Shown piece after piece: positions 10,627 to 19,386 of a stretch of 64,000 nt of DNA (its first letter is position 1; every line of letters starts with the position of its first letter). The DNA lies in assembly GCA_965261595.1 (NCBI GenBank), contig CBDHDG010000005.1, positions 416,001 through 480,000 on the forward strand. The letters run 5' to 3'. The DNA is from a bacterium. Lineage in GTDB: Bacteria > UBA8248 > JACPRG01 > G963555815. The position numbers and the translations under genes are program-made. The notes beneath the pieces are model-generated. The model was given only the letters and a program-made list of their open reading frames with translations, did no database searches and was not told where the DNA came from.

Positions 10627-11076
10627 ATGACGGAAGCAAAGATGGCAACGGTCCGTGCGGCGTCGAAACTGGTCGGGCCGGGGCAGGGCGTTTGCGAGGT
10701 CAGGGGGCGCCGGTACAGGCTGGACGCGCCCCCCTTGATTGATGGACCCAACGAAGAGGTGAACCCGGTGGAGGCGATGATCGCCCCCCTGGCGGCGTGC
10801 GCTGTTCTTTTCCTCCAGCACTTGGCCCGGACGATGGACGTTCCCATCGAGGATGTCACGGCGGAGGCCGAGGCGGATTTCGACCCGAGGGGCGTCCGGG
10901 GCGAAGACGTAGATTCGGCGCTGGCCGCGGTGCGGCTGACATACCGCGTCCGGCCGGGGAGCGGCGCCGATCGGGCGGGCGTGGAGAAGCTGGTCGAGGC
11001 GTTCCGGGAGCGTTGTCCCGTCCACCGGACGTTCGCCAAGGCGGTGGACATCGCCGAGGAGATCGTTCTGGTTTAG
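10627..11076 (+). CDS. OsmC/Ohr-like protein (Cys/Cys)
   Basis: DAPPLIDG...NPVE..IAPLAAC ... ERCPVHRT. Confidence 0.85.
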   Translation: MTEAKMATVRAASKLVGPGQGVCEVRGRRYRLDAPPLIDGPNEEVNPVEAMIAPLAACAVLFLQHLARTMDVPIEDVTAEAEADFDPRGVRGEDVDSALAAVRLTYRVRPGSGADRAGVEKLVEAFRERCPVHRTFAKAVDIAEEIVLV

Positions 11077-11159
11077 ACCCCCTCCTCCTCCTCCTCTCCC
11101 CCCTCAATCGAACCTCCCCCGTTCGGGCGTTCGCTTTGGCGCAGAAATGAGGGGAAGTC

Positions 11160-11426
11160 TCAGGCGGGCGTCTTTCGGCGCAGGATCCTTAATTCCGCCC
11201 CTTCGGCGGCGGCCGCTTCCACGCGGCAGATGTTTGTGCACTCGGAGGAAATGTTAAAACCCATTTCCCCGGGCGTCACATGCATGTCCTCCCAGTTGAT
11301 GTCCTCTTCCGCGGTGAGGGCGAACAGTTCTTTGACCGCCAGGCGGACCTGCTTGGTTTGCGCCGTTGGGCCGAAGCGCTTGTCGAGAATCGCGCGTATC
11401 TCTTTGTAACGTAGCGCCGGATCCAT
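11160..11426 (-). CDS. hypothetical protein (88 aa)
   Basis: Strong RBS AAGGAGGTG upstream; plausible composition. Confidence 0.6.
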   Translation of the reverse strand: MDPALRYKEIRAILDKRFGPTAQTKQVRLAVKELFALTAEEDINWEDMHVTPGEMGFNISSECTNICRVEAAAAEGAELRILRRKTPA

Positions 11427-11579
11427 CGGGTCACCTCCTTGCGCAGCAAGGGATCCCCTTCTTGGGAATTTCGGTGGAGCCTCCGAATCCGGCCATGTTC
11501 CACGTCATGCGGGCCGAGGGGGGGAAGGCCGGCAATTTCCTGAAACCACCCTCCGCTCACTGTTCCGTCCCGGTTTTTC

Positions 11580-12380
11580 TCACTCCGCCCCCGGGCGTGA
11601 ATCCCGTTCCTCGACGCTCGAATCGCCCGAAATTCCATAGAAGCGGCTGAAATGGTTTTTCATGAGCCGCCGGATGTGCGGATGGCCGTCGAAGGGCGCC
11701 TCCCGCAGCATTTCAAACCGCTTCTCCAACTCGGCGGATACGTCGAGGCCGTCATCGTGGTAAATCGCTTTGTTGTCGAGTTTGGTGAGGAGCCGCTGGA
11801 TCTGCTTGCGCCCCGAATACCGTTCGAGGATCCCCAGCCATTTCCGAAACCTTTTGTACCGGCCGAGTTGTTCCTTTCTGGGAACGGCCCGGGTCTTGGC
11901 GTTCAGGACGTACAGTTGTCCTCCGCTCCGGAGGAGCCGGCGGAATTGGCCGATCAGCCTCGGCAGAGATTCGCCGTCGACGTGCTGGAGCACATAGACG
12001 GTCAAGACCAGATCGATGGACCCGGTTTCGATATCGGGAAGCCGGCCGGCGGGAAGAAGCTCCAGCCTGCCGTTCTCGAAGTGCTCGTCCGGGATGTAGT
12101 CGCGCGCGTGCCGAAGCATGCCCTCGGAATTGTCCACGCCGAGAACTTTGATGTGGGGATGGCGCTCCAAGATCGCCCGGGTCATTCTGCCCACCCCCAG
12201 CCCGTAATCCAGGACCTGCCGGGCCCCTGTCAGCTCGGCCTCCAGCGCGTGGATCAGAACGTCGGTTTCCACCCCGAATCGCTCACGGGCCGACATGCCG
12301 TGGTAGTACGTGCAATTGGTCGTCATGGCCGCGTCGAGCGAGTCTCTTGTGAAGATGAATTCGTTGGGATCTTTCATCAT
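11580..12380 (-). CDS. class I SAM-dependent methyltransferase
   Basis: VLDYGLGVGR, GVDNSEGML, DLVLTVYVLQH, LLRSGG. Confidence 0.8.
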   Translation of the reverse strand: MMKDPNEFIFTRDSLDAAMTTNCTYYHGMSARERFGVETDVLIHALEAELTGARQVLDYGLGVGRMTRAILERHPHIKVLGVDNSEGMLRHARDYIPDEHFENGRLELLPAGRLPDIETGSIDLVLTVYVLQHVDGESLPRLIGQFRRLLRSGGQLYVLNAKTRAVPRKEQLGRYKRFRKWLGILERYSGRKQIQRLLTKLDNKAIYHDDGLDVSAELEKRFEMLREAPFDGHPHIRRLMKNHFSRFYGISGDSSVEERDSRPGAE

Positions 12381-12529
12381 AACCATTGGAAAGTAAATGA
12401 GTTATAAGGATACGGGTTGCACAGAGGCTAGCACGGGGGGGCCGAGGTGTCAACGTCTCATTGGTTCTGCTATGTTACCCGGAGTGATTCCTTTGAGACC
12501 GTTTTCCGACGGATTCCGGGAGGAAGGAA

Positions 12530-12997
12530 ATGGGTGAGCAGACGAAGGTTGAATCGGTGACCCGCGTGGCGGCCGCCCAATGGAAGGGTTCCATGCGCTC
12601 GGAAGTGTCCGTCCGGGACTGCGAGCCGGTCATCATCGACGAGCCGCCGGGCCGCGGCGGCCTCTACGAATACCCGACCCCCTCCGAGTACACCATCGCC
12701 GCCATCGCCGGGTGCAGCGTGGCCCACATCGAGTTGTTCGCCAAAGAGGCGGGAATGCCGCTGGAGGACTGCCGGGTGGTGGGCGGCCTGGAGTTGGCGC
12801 ACTTCGAGCCCGACAACGAGCGCGGAAAGAACGGCGGCGTCCTGGGGATCGACCTGAAGTTTTATGTGACGTCCTCCGGGACGGAGGAGCAGCTTGGACA
12901 GGTGAAACAGCTCTTCCATGACCGCTGCGTCCTCTACCGCTTCGCCAAGTCCGCCGCGCCCCTCACGGAGGAATGGGTGCTGACCCCGCCGTGCTGA
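12530..12997 (+). CDS. OsmC/Ohr-like protein (Cys/Cys)
   Basis: IDEPPGRGG...PTPSEY..AAIAGC ... DRCVLY. Confidence 0.85.
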   Translation: MGEQTKVESVTRVAAAQWKGSMRSEVSVRDCEPVIIDEPPGRGGLYEYPTPSEYTIAAIAGCSVAHIELFAKEAGMPLEDCRVVGGLELAHFEPDNERGKNGGVLGIDLKFYVTSSGTEEQLGQVKQLFHDRCVLYRFAKSAAPLTEEWVLTPPC

Positions 12998-13000
12998 CTC

Positions 13001-13272
13001 CCAGGAGTTCGGAACCCCCCTCGAAAACTTTTTGCGGCCAAGCCTGCGGCTTGCCCTTCCGGGGGTGAAAGTCTGATTGGCTATAGCGGTTGGCTGTGGC
13101 CCGCGACGTCTTGGATCTTTGTCCGGATGCCCGTCTTCCTACGGCAGCCGCAGCGTCCGCACAATGGGCCGATTTTCTTGCGATAGCGTGCGGCCCTGCA
13201 AGGGCCGCACGCTATCGCCAAACGAAAGTTTTTCGGGGGTCCAGGGGGCGGTTTTTCAAAAAAGCCCCCTGG
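13001..13272. repeat. REP/MITE-like intergenic element with imperfect inverted ends and a subterminal hairpin
   Basis: Left acccccTcgaaaacttt is inverted to right aaagtttttcgggggt; right hairpin ccagggggc-ggtttttcaaaaaa-gccccctgg. Confidence 0.5.
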
Positions 13273-13313
13273 GACGTTGCCTTTTTCATCCTCTTTTCTG
13301 CTATCTTCCGGGT

Positions 13314-15101
13314 ATGGTTTTCTCCGGCAACAGTCATCCGCCCGAGGACAATCCGCCTTCCGGAGCGCGGAAAAGAATCTTCCTCCTGGGCACGCCTTGG
13401 GGCGAGGCCCTGGTCCTGGCTTTGTTCGCCGCCGTCATCACCCTCTACGGCCTCGGCGCGACCAGTCTCATCGACAACGACGAGACGCGATTTGGTCTCC
13501 TGGCCCGGAACATGATCGAGACCGGGGACTGGGTGGTGCCCCGCTGGTCTCACCGGCCCCAGGGGACCAAACCCCCGCTCTTCATGTGGGCCGTCGCCGG
13601 GTTTTCCTTCCTCACGGGCGAGATAAATTCCTGGTCCGCGCGGGGCCCCTCGGCCCTGGCCGGGGTCGGCGTGGTCGTCCTGACGTACTTTTTGGGAAGG
13701 CGATTTTTTCCTCATCCCGTCCCGTTTCTGGCGGGATTGGTGATGAGCACCAACGTCGCCTTCTACCAAATCGCCCGGACGGCCCGCACGGACATGCTCC
13801 TTGTGTTCTTCGTCCTGTTGGCGGCGACGCTCGTCCTGGAGGGGCAGGCCCGGGGGGAGGGGGGGAGGAGAGGGGGACCTCGGGGCTATCTGCTCGTGAT
13901 GGGGGGCTACGCGGCGGCGGGTCTCGCCGTGCTGACGAAAGGCCCGGTGGGTTTTCTCCTGCCGGGCTTCATTGTTGGGGGCGTTTGGATCGCCCGGCGG
14001 GAATGGAAGCGGGCGTCCATCGCCGCCCACCTCGCGGGTCTGGCCGTGATGGTCGGCGTTGCCGGATCCTGGTACTTCCTGTTCCAAGACGCCATTGGCG
14101 GGGAGAGCGCACGGGGCTTCGTTCTTCGGGAAAACCTTTCGCGCTTTCTCAGCGCCTTCGATCACAGCGCGCCGTTTTATTACTTCGTCTACACCTTCGC
14201 GGGCGATTTCATGCCGTGGACGCCGATCTTCGTTTTGGCCCTGGCCTGGGCCTGGGTGAGGCGCAAGGCGAAAACCGCCGATTACGGCTCGGTCTTGATC
14301 TGGTTCGCGGCGGTCTTCGTTTTCTTCAGCGTTTCGTCCTCCAAGCGGGGACCCTATATCTTCGCCCTCTATCCGGCGGCCGCCATGATGACGGGGGCTT
14401 TTCTGGCGACGGCGATGGCCCCCGTGGGGAAATCCCTGGACCGGTGGCGGACGGCCGGCGTCTGGACGTTTCGGGGGCTCGGCGTCGCCGCTGTCGGTTT
14501 GGCCGTGGGTGGTTCGATCTGGACGGCCATGAGATTTCCGTCCGTTCTCATTCCCGCGATCGCGGCGGGGGTGCTTCTGTGCGTTTTCGGCGCGTGGATG
14601 TTGCGGGAGACATTCCGCGGCACGCTGGGTCGGGTCACGTTGGTGATCCCCACGGGTTTTTTGATGATCCACCTTTTGGTCCAGCCCCTGGCCGCGCCTC
14701 ACCTGGAGCGAAGGAAGTCGCCGCGGCCCTATGCGAAGGAGGTGGCCGATCTGGTCGGACGGCATCACCTGGTCTCGTACAAGTTTTCCAAGCCGTCGCT
14801 GGATTTTTACGCCCCGCCGGAGATGGGGGAGGTGTATTTCATTTATGACTGGGGCATGCTCCGATACTTTTTCCGCTATCACCAGGAACCGGTCTACGTC
14901 GTGATGAGCCGGAAGAATTATCAGGCGATTCGGCCCGAGGCCCTGGCGGGGTCTCGTCTGCTTCGAGAGAATCTCAAGTACCGAAAAGATTCCCTGGTTG
15001 TCTTGACCAACCGGCCGGTTCGCCCGGATCCCTCCGCGCGGGTGAATGGGGCGGCGCCGCCCACCCGGTCGAATCGGAAAGGCCCGGCCGGCAGGCGATG
15101 A
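13314..15101 (+). CDS. ArnT/PMT-like (GT-C) membrane glycosyltransferase
   Basis: DNDETRF...ARNMIETGDWVVP, KPPLFMW, ARTDM, LTKGPVG, SKRGPY; many TM segments. Confidence 0.88.
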   Translation: MVFSGNSHPPEDNPPSGARKRIFLLGTPWGEALVLALFAAVITLYGLGATSLIDNDETRFGLLARNMIETGDWVVPRWSHRPQGTKPPLFMWAVAGFSFLTGEINSWSARGPSALAGVGVVVLTYFLGRRFFPHPVPFLAGLVMSTNVAFYQIARTARTDMLLVFFVLLAATLVLEGQARGEGGRRGGPRGYLLVMGGYAAAGLAVLTKGPVGFLLPGFIVGGVWIARREWKRASIAAHLAGLAVMVGVAGSWYFLFQDAIGGESARGFVLRENLSRFLSAFDHSAPFYYFVYTFAGDFMPWTPIFVLALAWAWVRRKAKTADYGSVLIWFAAVFVFFSVSSSKRGPYIFALYPAAAMMTGAFLATAMAPVGKSLDRWRTAGVWTFRGLGVAAVGLAVGGSIWTAMRFPSVLIPAIAAGVLLCVFGAWMLRETFRGTLGRVTLVIPTGFLMIHLLVQPLAAPHLERRKSPRPYAKEVADLVGRHHLVSYKFSKPSLDFYAPPEMGEVYFIYDWGMLRYFFRYHQEPVYVVMSRKNYQAIRPEALAGSRLLRENLKYRKDSLVVLTNRPVRPDPSARVNGAAPPTRSNRKGPAGRR

Positions 15102-16780
15102 GAATCCAAAACGCCCCCTTTCAGGTTGTCCTGCTGATCCTCGCGGCCGGGGTGCTGTTCTTTCTCCGTCTCGACGCCAAGCGCCTGATGGACAACGAGG
15201 AGAGCCGCTTCGCCCTTCAGGCCCGGGTGATGATCGAGACCGGGGACTGGGTGGTCCCCCGGTGGTCGCAGCGGCCGCAGGGCACGAAACCCCCGCTCTT
15301 CACCTGGGCCGTCGCGGCGCTCTCCAAGGCCTCGGGCGGCGTGAGCGAGTGGACCGCCCGGCTGCCTTCCGCCGCGGCCGCCCTGGCGACGGTGCTCGTG
15401 GTCTACTTCCTCGGGGTGCGCCTGTTTGGAAGGACCGCCGGGTTCCTGGGCGCCCTGGTTCTCGCCTCCTCCTTTCTTTTCTGGGACCAGGCCCGGTTCG
15501 CCAAGTCGGACATGTTCCTGACGTGCTTTTTGACGATTTCGGTTGTTTGCCTGATCCGCGGGGCGGAGGCGGGCGCACGGTCCTCGCTCTGGCTCCTGGG
15601 GGCGTTCGCGGCGGCGGGCCTGGCCGTCTTGAGCAAGGGTCCGGTGGGGGTGGTGCTGCCGGCGTGGGTCGGATTCCTCTACCTGACCCTCCGGCGGCGC
15701 TGGGGAAGGTTTCCCCTCTGGAGTTTCGGGGCGGGTGTCCTGGTCTTTGTCGCGATCGTTTCTCCGTGGTACATCCTGTACGCCCAAACCGCCGGCGGGG
15801 AGCACATCCGGGAGATGCTTTTCCGGCAGAACGTGACCCGCTACCTCAGCGCCTTCGATCACAGGAAATCGCTTTTCTTCTATCTGGCGTATTTCCCGTC
15901 GAATTTCCTTCCCTGGATGGGGCTGACGCTGGCGGCGCTGGTGTACGGGGCGTCCCGGAGCTGGAGAAACCGGGAAGCCGGCGTGATGGTTTTCTTGTGG
16001 TGGGCCGCCATCTTCCTGTTCTTCAGTTTGTCCACCTCGAAGCGGCCCGCCTATATCCTGCCCGCCTTCCCTCCGGCCGCCCTCTTGACGGGGTTCTTTA
16101 TTCGGGCCGAGGTGCTTGGAACTCGGGGGGCGGGGCTGACCCGGAGGGATTGGGGGTGGTGGGGCGGGCTGATCCTGGGGATCACCTTTGCGGGACTCGC
16201 CGCCGGCGGGATCGGCTTCGTCCTCTGGGCGGGGATCGCCGATCCGGAGTTTCTCCCGTCTGCCCTATTGTTGGGCGGGATCTGGATCGCCTCGGGGGCC
16301 GCGGCGCTTTGGACCCAGAGGCGTGGAAGGCCCCTTCGGGCGATCGCTGTTTTCGTGTGCGGGATTCTGGCGACCCAGGGGGCGTCTCAGTGGAGCCTGG
16401 CGCCGCGAATCGACAGCCGCCTCGGGACGGCCGCCGCCGCGCGGAAGGTGGTCCGCGCCGCCGCCGGCGCGCACATCGTTTCCTTCCGGTTCCCGAAAGC
16501 CTCGCTGGCCTTCTATGGCGCCGGGAGCGGCGGGAAGAATGGGGAGGGAGAGGGAAAAGCGGGAGAGTTTTACTACTTCAGGCAGCCCTGGCGGCTGCGA
16601 TATTTCCTGAATGACTTCCAGGCGCCGGCCTTCATCCTGTTACAGACGAAAGAGTATCGGAAGCTCCCCGAGGACATCCGTTCAAAGATGACGGTGGTGG
16701 AACGGGACCTCCGGTTCGGCCGGCATCGCACGGTGCTTTTGAAGAACCGGCCCTATCGGCCGGGGGTTTCGCGGGATTGA
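15098..16780 (+). CDS. ArnT/PMT-like (GT-C) membrane glycosyltransferase, tandem paralog
   Basis: DNEESRF...MIETGDWVVP, KPPLFTW, LSKGPVG, SKRPAYILP; ATGA overlap with the upstream gene. Confidence 0.88.
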   Translation: MRIQNAPFQVVLLILAAGVLFFLRLDAKRLMDNEESRFALQARVMIETGDWVVPRWSQRPQGTKPPLFTWAVAALSKASGGVSEWTARLPSAAAALATVLVVYFLGVRLFGRTAGFLGALVLASSFLFWDQARFAKSDMFLTCFLTISVVCLIRGAEAGARSSLWLLGAFAAAGLAVLSKGPVGVVLPAWVGFLYLTLRRRWGRFPLWSFGAGVLVFVAIVSPWYILYAQTAGGEHIREMLFRQNVTRYLSAFDHRKSLFFYLAYFPSNFLPWMGLTLAALVYGASRSWRNREAGVMVFLWWAAIFLFFSLSTSKRPAYILPAFPPAALLTGFFIRAEVLGTRGAGLTRRDWGWWGGLILGITFAGLAAGGIGFVLWAGIADPEFLPSALLLGGIWIASGAAALWTQRRGRPLRAIAVFVCGILATQGASQWSLAPRIDSRLGTAAAARKVVRAAAGAHIVSFRFPKASLAFYGAGSGGKNGEGEGKAGEFYYFRQPWRLRYFLNDFQAPAFILLQTKEYRKLPEDIRSKMTVVERDLRFGRHRTVLLKNRPYRPGVSRD

Positions 16781-16793
16781 CGGGGCGGGCGAA

Positions 16794-17264
16794 TCAGGAT
16801 CCCTTGCCGTTCACCAAGGTGAGCAGGGGCTCGCCCCCGCTTGATTCATGGCCGACTCTTTGCTTTGAATGCCGGCCGTTGCGGGCAAGGGTCCGGGCGG
16901 TCTCGGGTTCGATGGAATTCGGAGGGATTCCGGCGGATTTTTGTTTCTCTTCTATCCACCAGGCTTCGATGAAGAGATCTTCCCCTTCCACTTTGACCTC
17001 GTATGTTTGAACGTGGTGTCCGAAGGCGTCGGCCGATTCCCCTGTTCTCAGATCGAATCGCATCCCGTGAGCCGGACAAATCACGCACATGTCCTGAACG
17101 GCCCCGCAGGAAAGGGTTCCGCCCCTGTGGGGGCATACGTCGTTGACGGCGTAGAACTTCCCGTCCACTTTGAAGACGCCGACGAGCTTGTGTCCGACAT
17201 TGACGACCCGGCCCTTTCCTTCCGGAAAGTCACAGGTTTTGGCGACCCACACGAACTTGCGCAT
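16794..17264 (-). CDS. Rieske [2Fe-2S] ferredoxin
   Basis: CPHRG ... CPAHG.RFDL.TG. Confidence 0.9.
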   Translation of the reverse strand: MRKFVWVAKTCDFPEGKGRVVNVGHKLVGVFKVDGKFYAVNDVCPHRGGTLSCGAVQDMCVICPAHGMRFDLRTGESADAFGHHVQTYEVKVEGEDLFIEAWWIEEKQKSAGIPPNSIEPETARTLARNGRHSKQRVGHESSGGEPLLTLVNGKGS

Positions 17265-17343
17265 TTTCACTCCCACTTGTGGATTCCCGTGCATCGCTGA
17301 ACGTGGCGCCGGGAGGCGATGAAGCTGTATCCCCTAGATATAC

Positions 17344-17360
17344 AGCAGATTTCATGCCAA
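17344..17360 (-). promoter_or_regulatory. putative sigma-54 (-24/-12) promoter for the Rieske gene
   Basis: Minus strand TTGGCATGAAATCTGCT has GG-N10-GC spacing, about 80 bp upstream of the ATG. Confidence 0.6.
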
Positions 17361-17674
17361 ACAGACGTTGCCTGTCTCCGCGCGGCGAGTAGACGCGAAG
17401 AGGGAAGACCGCGGAGGACATTTGCCTGTTTTGCTTGGTTTTAGGCCGTCGTCGTTCTTGAGGCGCGGTTTCATCGATTCGAATGTCGGAGGATTTGCCG
17501 AACCCGGGTGGATGGATATCCCGCGAGGCGACGTGATTTTGACGCCAATCGTTCGGGGCGGGCGCGAGTCGGAGGACTCTCCGAGTCGGTCGACTCCCGC
17601 ACCGGTCCGTGTCGTTGGCCAACGGATGACCCGTGAGCAAATGGCGTCCCGGACATCTTTCTGAGAAATGCGGC

Positions 17675-18001
17675 TTAACGCTTTTTCTTGGCCCACCAGG
17701 CGTCAATCCAGACCGCTCCGTCCTCCACCTTGATCGAATACGTCTGCAGCGTATGGCCGAACTCGTCCGCCGACCGGCCCGAATCCAGATGAAATCGGAG
17801 CGCGTGGTAAGGACATGCGACGGTCGTCCCGGCCAGCGCCCCGGCCCCGATGGGTCCGCCCATGTGTGGGCAGATGTTGTTGACGGCGTAGAATTTCCCG
17901 CCCGCCTTGAAGACGGCGACGGGTTTGCGGGCGGCGCTGATGATTCGGCCTTGCCCCTCGGGAAAGTCCTCGACCGCGCCGATCCGAACGAAGTTGGGCA
18001 T
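17675..18001 (-). CDS. Rieske [2Fe-2S] ferredoxin (paralog)
   Basis: CPHMG ... CPYHA.RF. Confidence 0.9.
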   Translation of the reverse strand: MPNFVRIGAVEDFPEGQGRIISAARKPVAVFKAGGKFYAVNNICPHMGGPIGAGALAGTTVACPYHALRFHLDSGRSADEFGHTLQTYSIKVEDGAVWIDAWWAKKKR

Positions 18002-18021
18002 CGCAGGGCCTCCTTCCGTCT

Positions 18022-19260
18022 CTAAGGGGGCATTCCCCCCGTGCGTTCCGCGACAAAAGATTCCGGTTCGGCGGGCTCGGCGCCGCGGGGTTTCAGGGTT
18101 TCCTTCATTTTGATGGCCATGAGCCCGACGATGAGCACCCCCGCCGCGTGCGTGGCGAACGTCCATTGATAGCCCACGTGGCTGATCGTCAGCCCGCTGA
18201 TGATGGGCCCGATGATAAATCCGACGTCGCCGGCCATGCGAAAGATCCCGATTCCGGCGCTTCGCACCCGGGCGGGCATCACGTCCGAGGCGATCACCGA
18301 AGGCGGAATCCCGCAAATTCCCGTCGTAACGCCGAAGAGCGCGCTGACCAGGATCAAACCGGAAAAGGTGTCCGTCCAGCCGAACGCCACAACGGCGAGG
18401 GCGGCCGCAAGATTCCCGCCGATCGCGACCGCCTTCCGGCTCCGGTCGACGGCCCAGCCCGCCGGCCAGAGGGTGAGCAGGTTCATGACCGTAATGAAGC
18501 TCAACAGCAGGCCGGTGGAGAGGGGATCCAGGCCGGCCGCGTCCCGTGCGTAAAGGGGCAGCGTGGTGTGTCGCGCGCCGGAGCGCAGAAAGAATATCGC
18601 CGCCGTCAGGAACAGGGCCATGACGTATTCAAAGTTTCCGAACAGACGCCGGATCTCGCGGCCTTGGCTCAGGAGTCCCACCCGTTTCGGGCCGCCGGGT
18701 TCGGCGGGGGAGATCCGCAGGACCGTCCAGGTCAAGATCGCGCTCAGGGCCGCCAGCCCGCCGTACGTGTAGAAAGGGAGCCTGAATCCGCCCACGCCCG
18801 CCAGCAGGCCGCCCACGACGGGGCCGATGGAAACGCCGGTGGAGAACGACGCGTGATAAAGGCTCATCGTTTTCCCCATTCGTTCGGGGGGCGTGATCCG
18901 AATGATGTAACTCATCGAGTTGGTGACGAAGAGGGAAGACCCCAGACCTTGCAAGGATTGGCCGACAATGAGCCATGAGAAGTCGGGCGCGGAGCCGGAG
19001 ATCAACGCCCCGCAGGCCACGAAGCCCGCGCCGGCGGCGCAGACCTTGCGCTCCCCCAGGCGCGAGCCGAGGAGGCCGCTGGGGAGGTTGGTGAGCAGGC
19101 GCACGGCCGGAAACAAGGCGATCAGGAATCCCACCGTCGTGTAGCTGACTTCGAAGCTCTCGGCGTACAGAGGCAGCACCGGGCCGACGAGCCCGAACCC
19201 CATCATGATGAACAGGTTGATTCCGGCCAACGCCCAGATGGGATAAGGGGTCTTCGTCAT
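18022..19260 (-). CDS. MFS transporter
   Basis: About 12 TM segments; motif A-like GLLGSRLGER; PERMGK. Confidence 0.9.
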   Translation of the reverse strand: MTKTPYPIWALAGINLFIMMGFGLVGPVLPLYAESFEVSYTTVGFLIALFPAVRLLTNLPSGLLGSRLGERKVCAAGAGFVACGALISGSAPDFSWLIVGQSLQGLGSSLFVTNSMSYIIRITPPERMGKTMSLYHASFSTGVSIGPVVGGLLAGVGGFRLPFYTYGGLAALSAILTWTVLRISPAEPGGPKRVGLLSQGREIRRLFGNFEYVMALFLTAAIFFLRSGARHTTLPLYARDAAGLDPLSTGLLLSFITVMNLLTLWPAGWAVDRSRKAVAIGGNLAAALAVVAFGWTDTFSGLILVSALFGVTTGICGIPPSVIASDVMPARVRSAGIGIFRMAGDVGFIIGPIISGLTISHVGYQWTFATHAAGVLIVGLMAIKMKETLKPRGAEPAEPESFVAERTGGMPP

Positions 19261-19386
19261 TCTTTGATCGATGTCCGTGAGGCAGATCCCCCCGTCCAAA
19301 CGGAAGAGGGGGATCGGGGGCGGCCGGATAACGCCTCTCCCCGTCCCCCTCCAAGGACAGGCAACCATTCTTGTCTGGGTTCGCGC

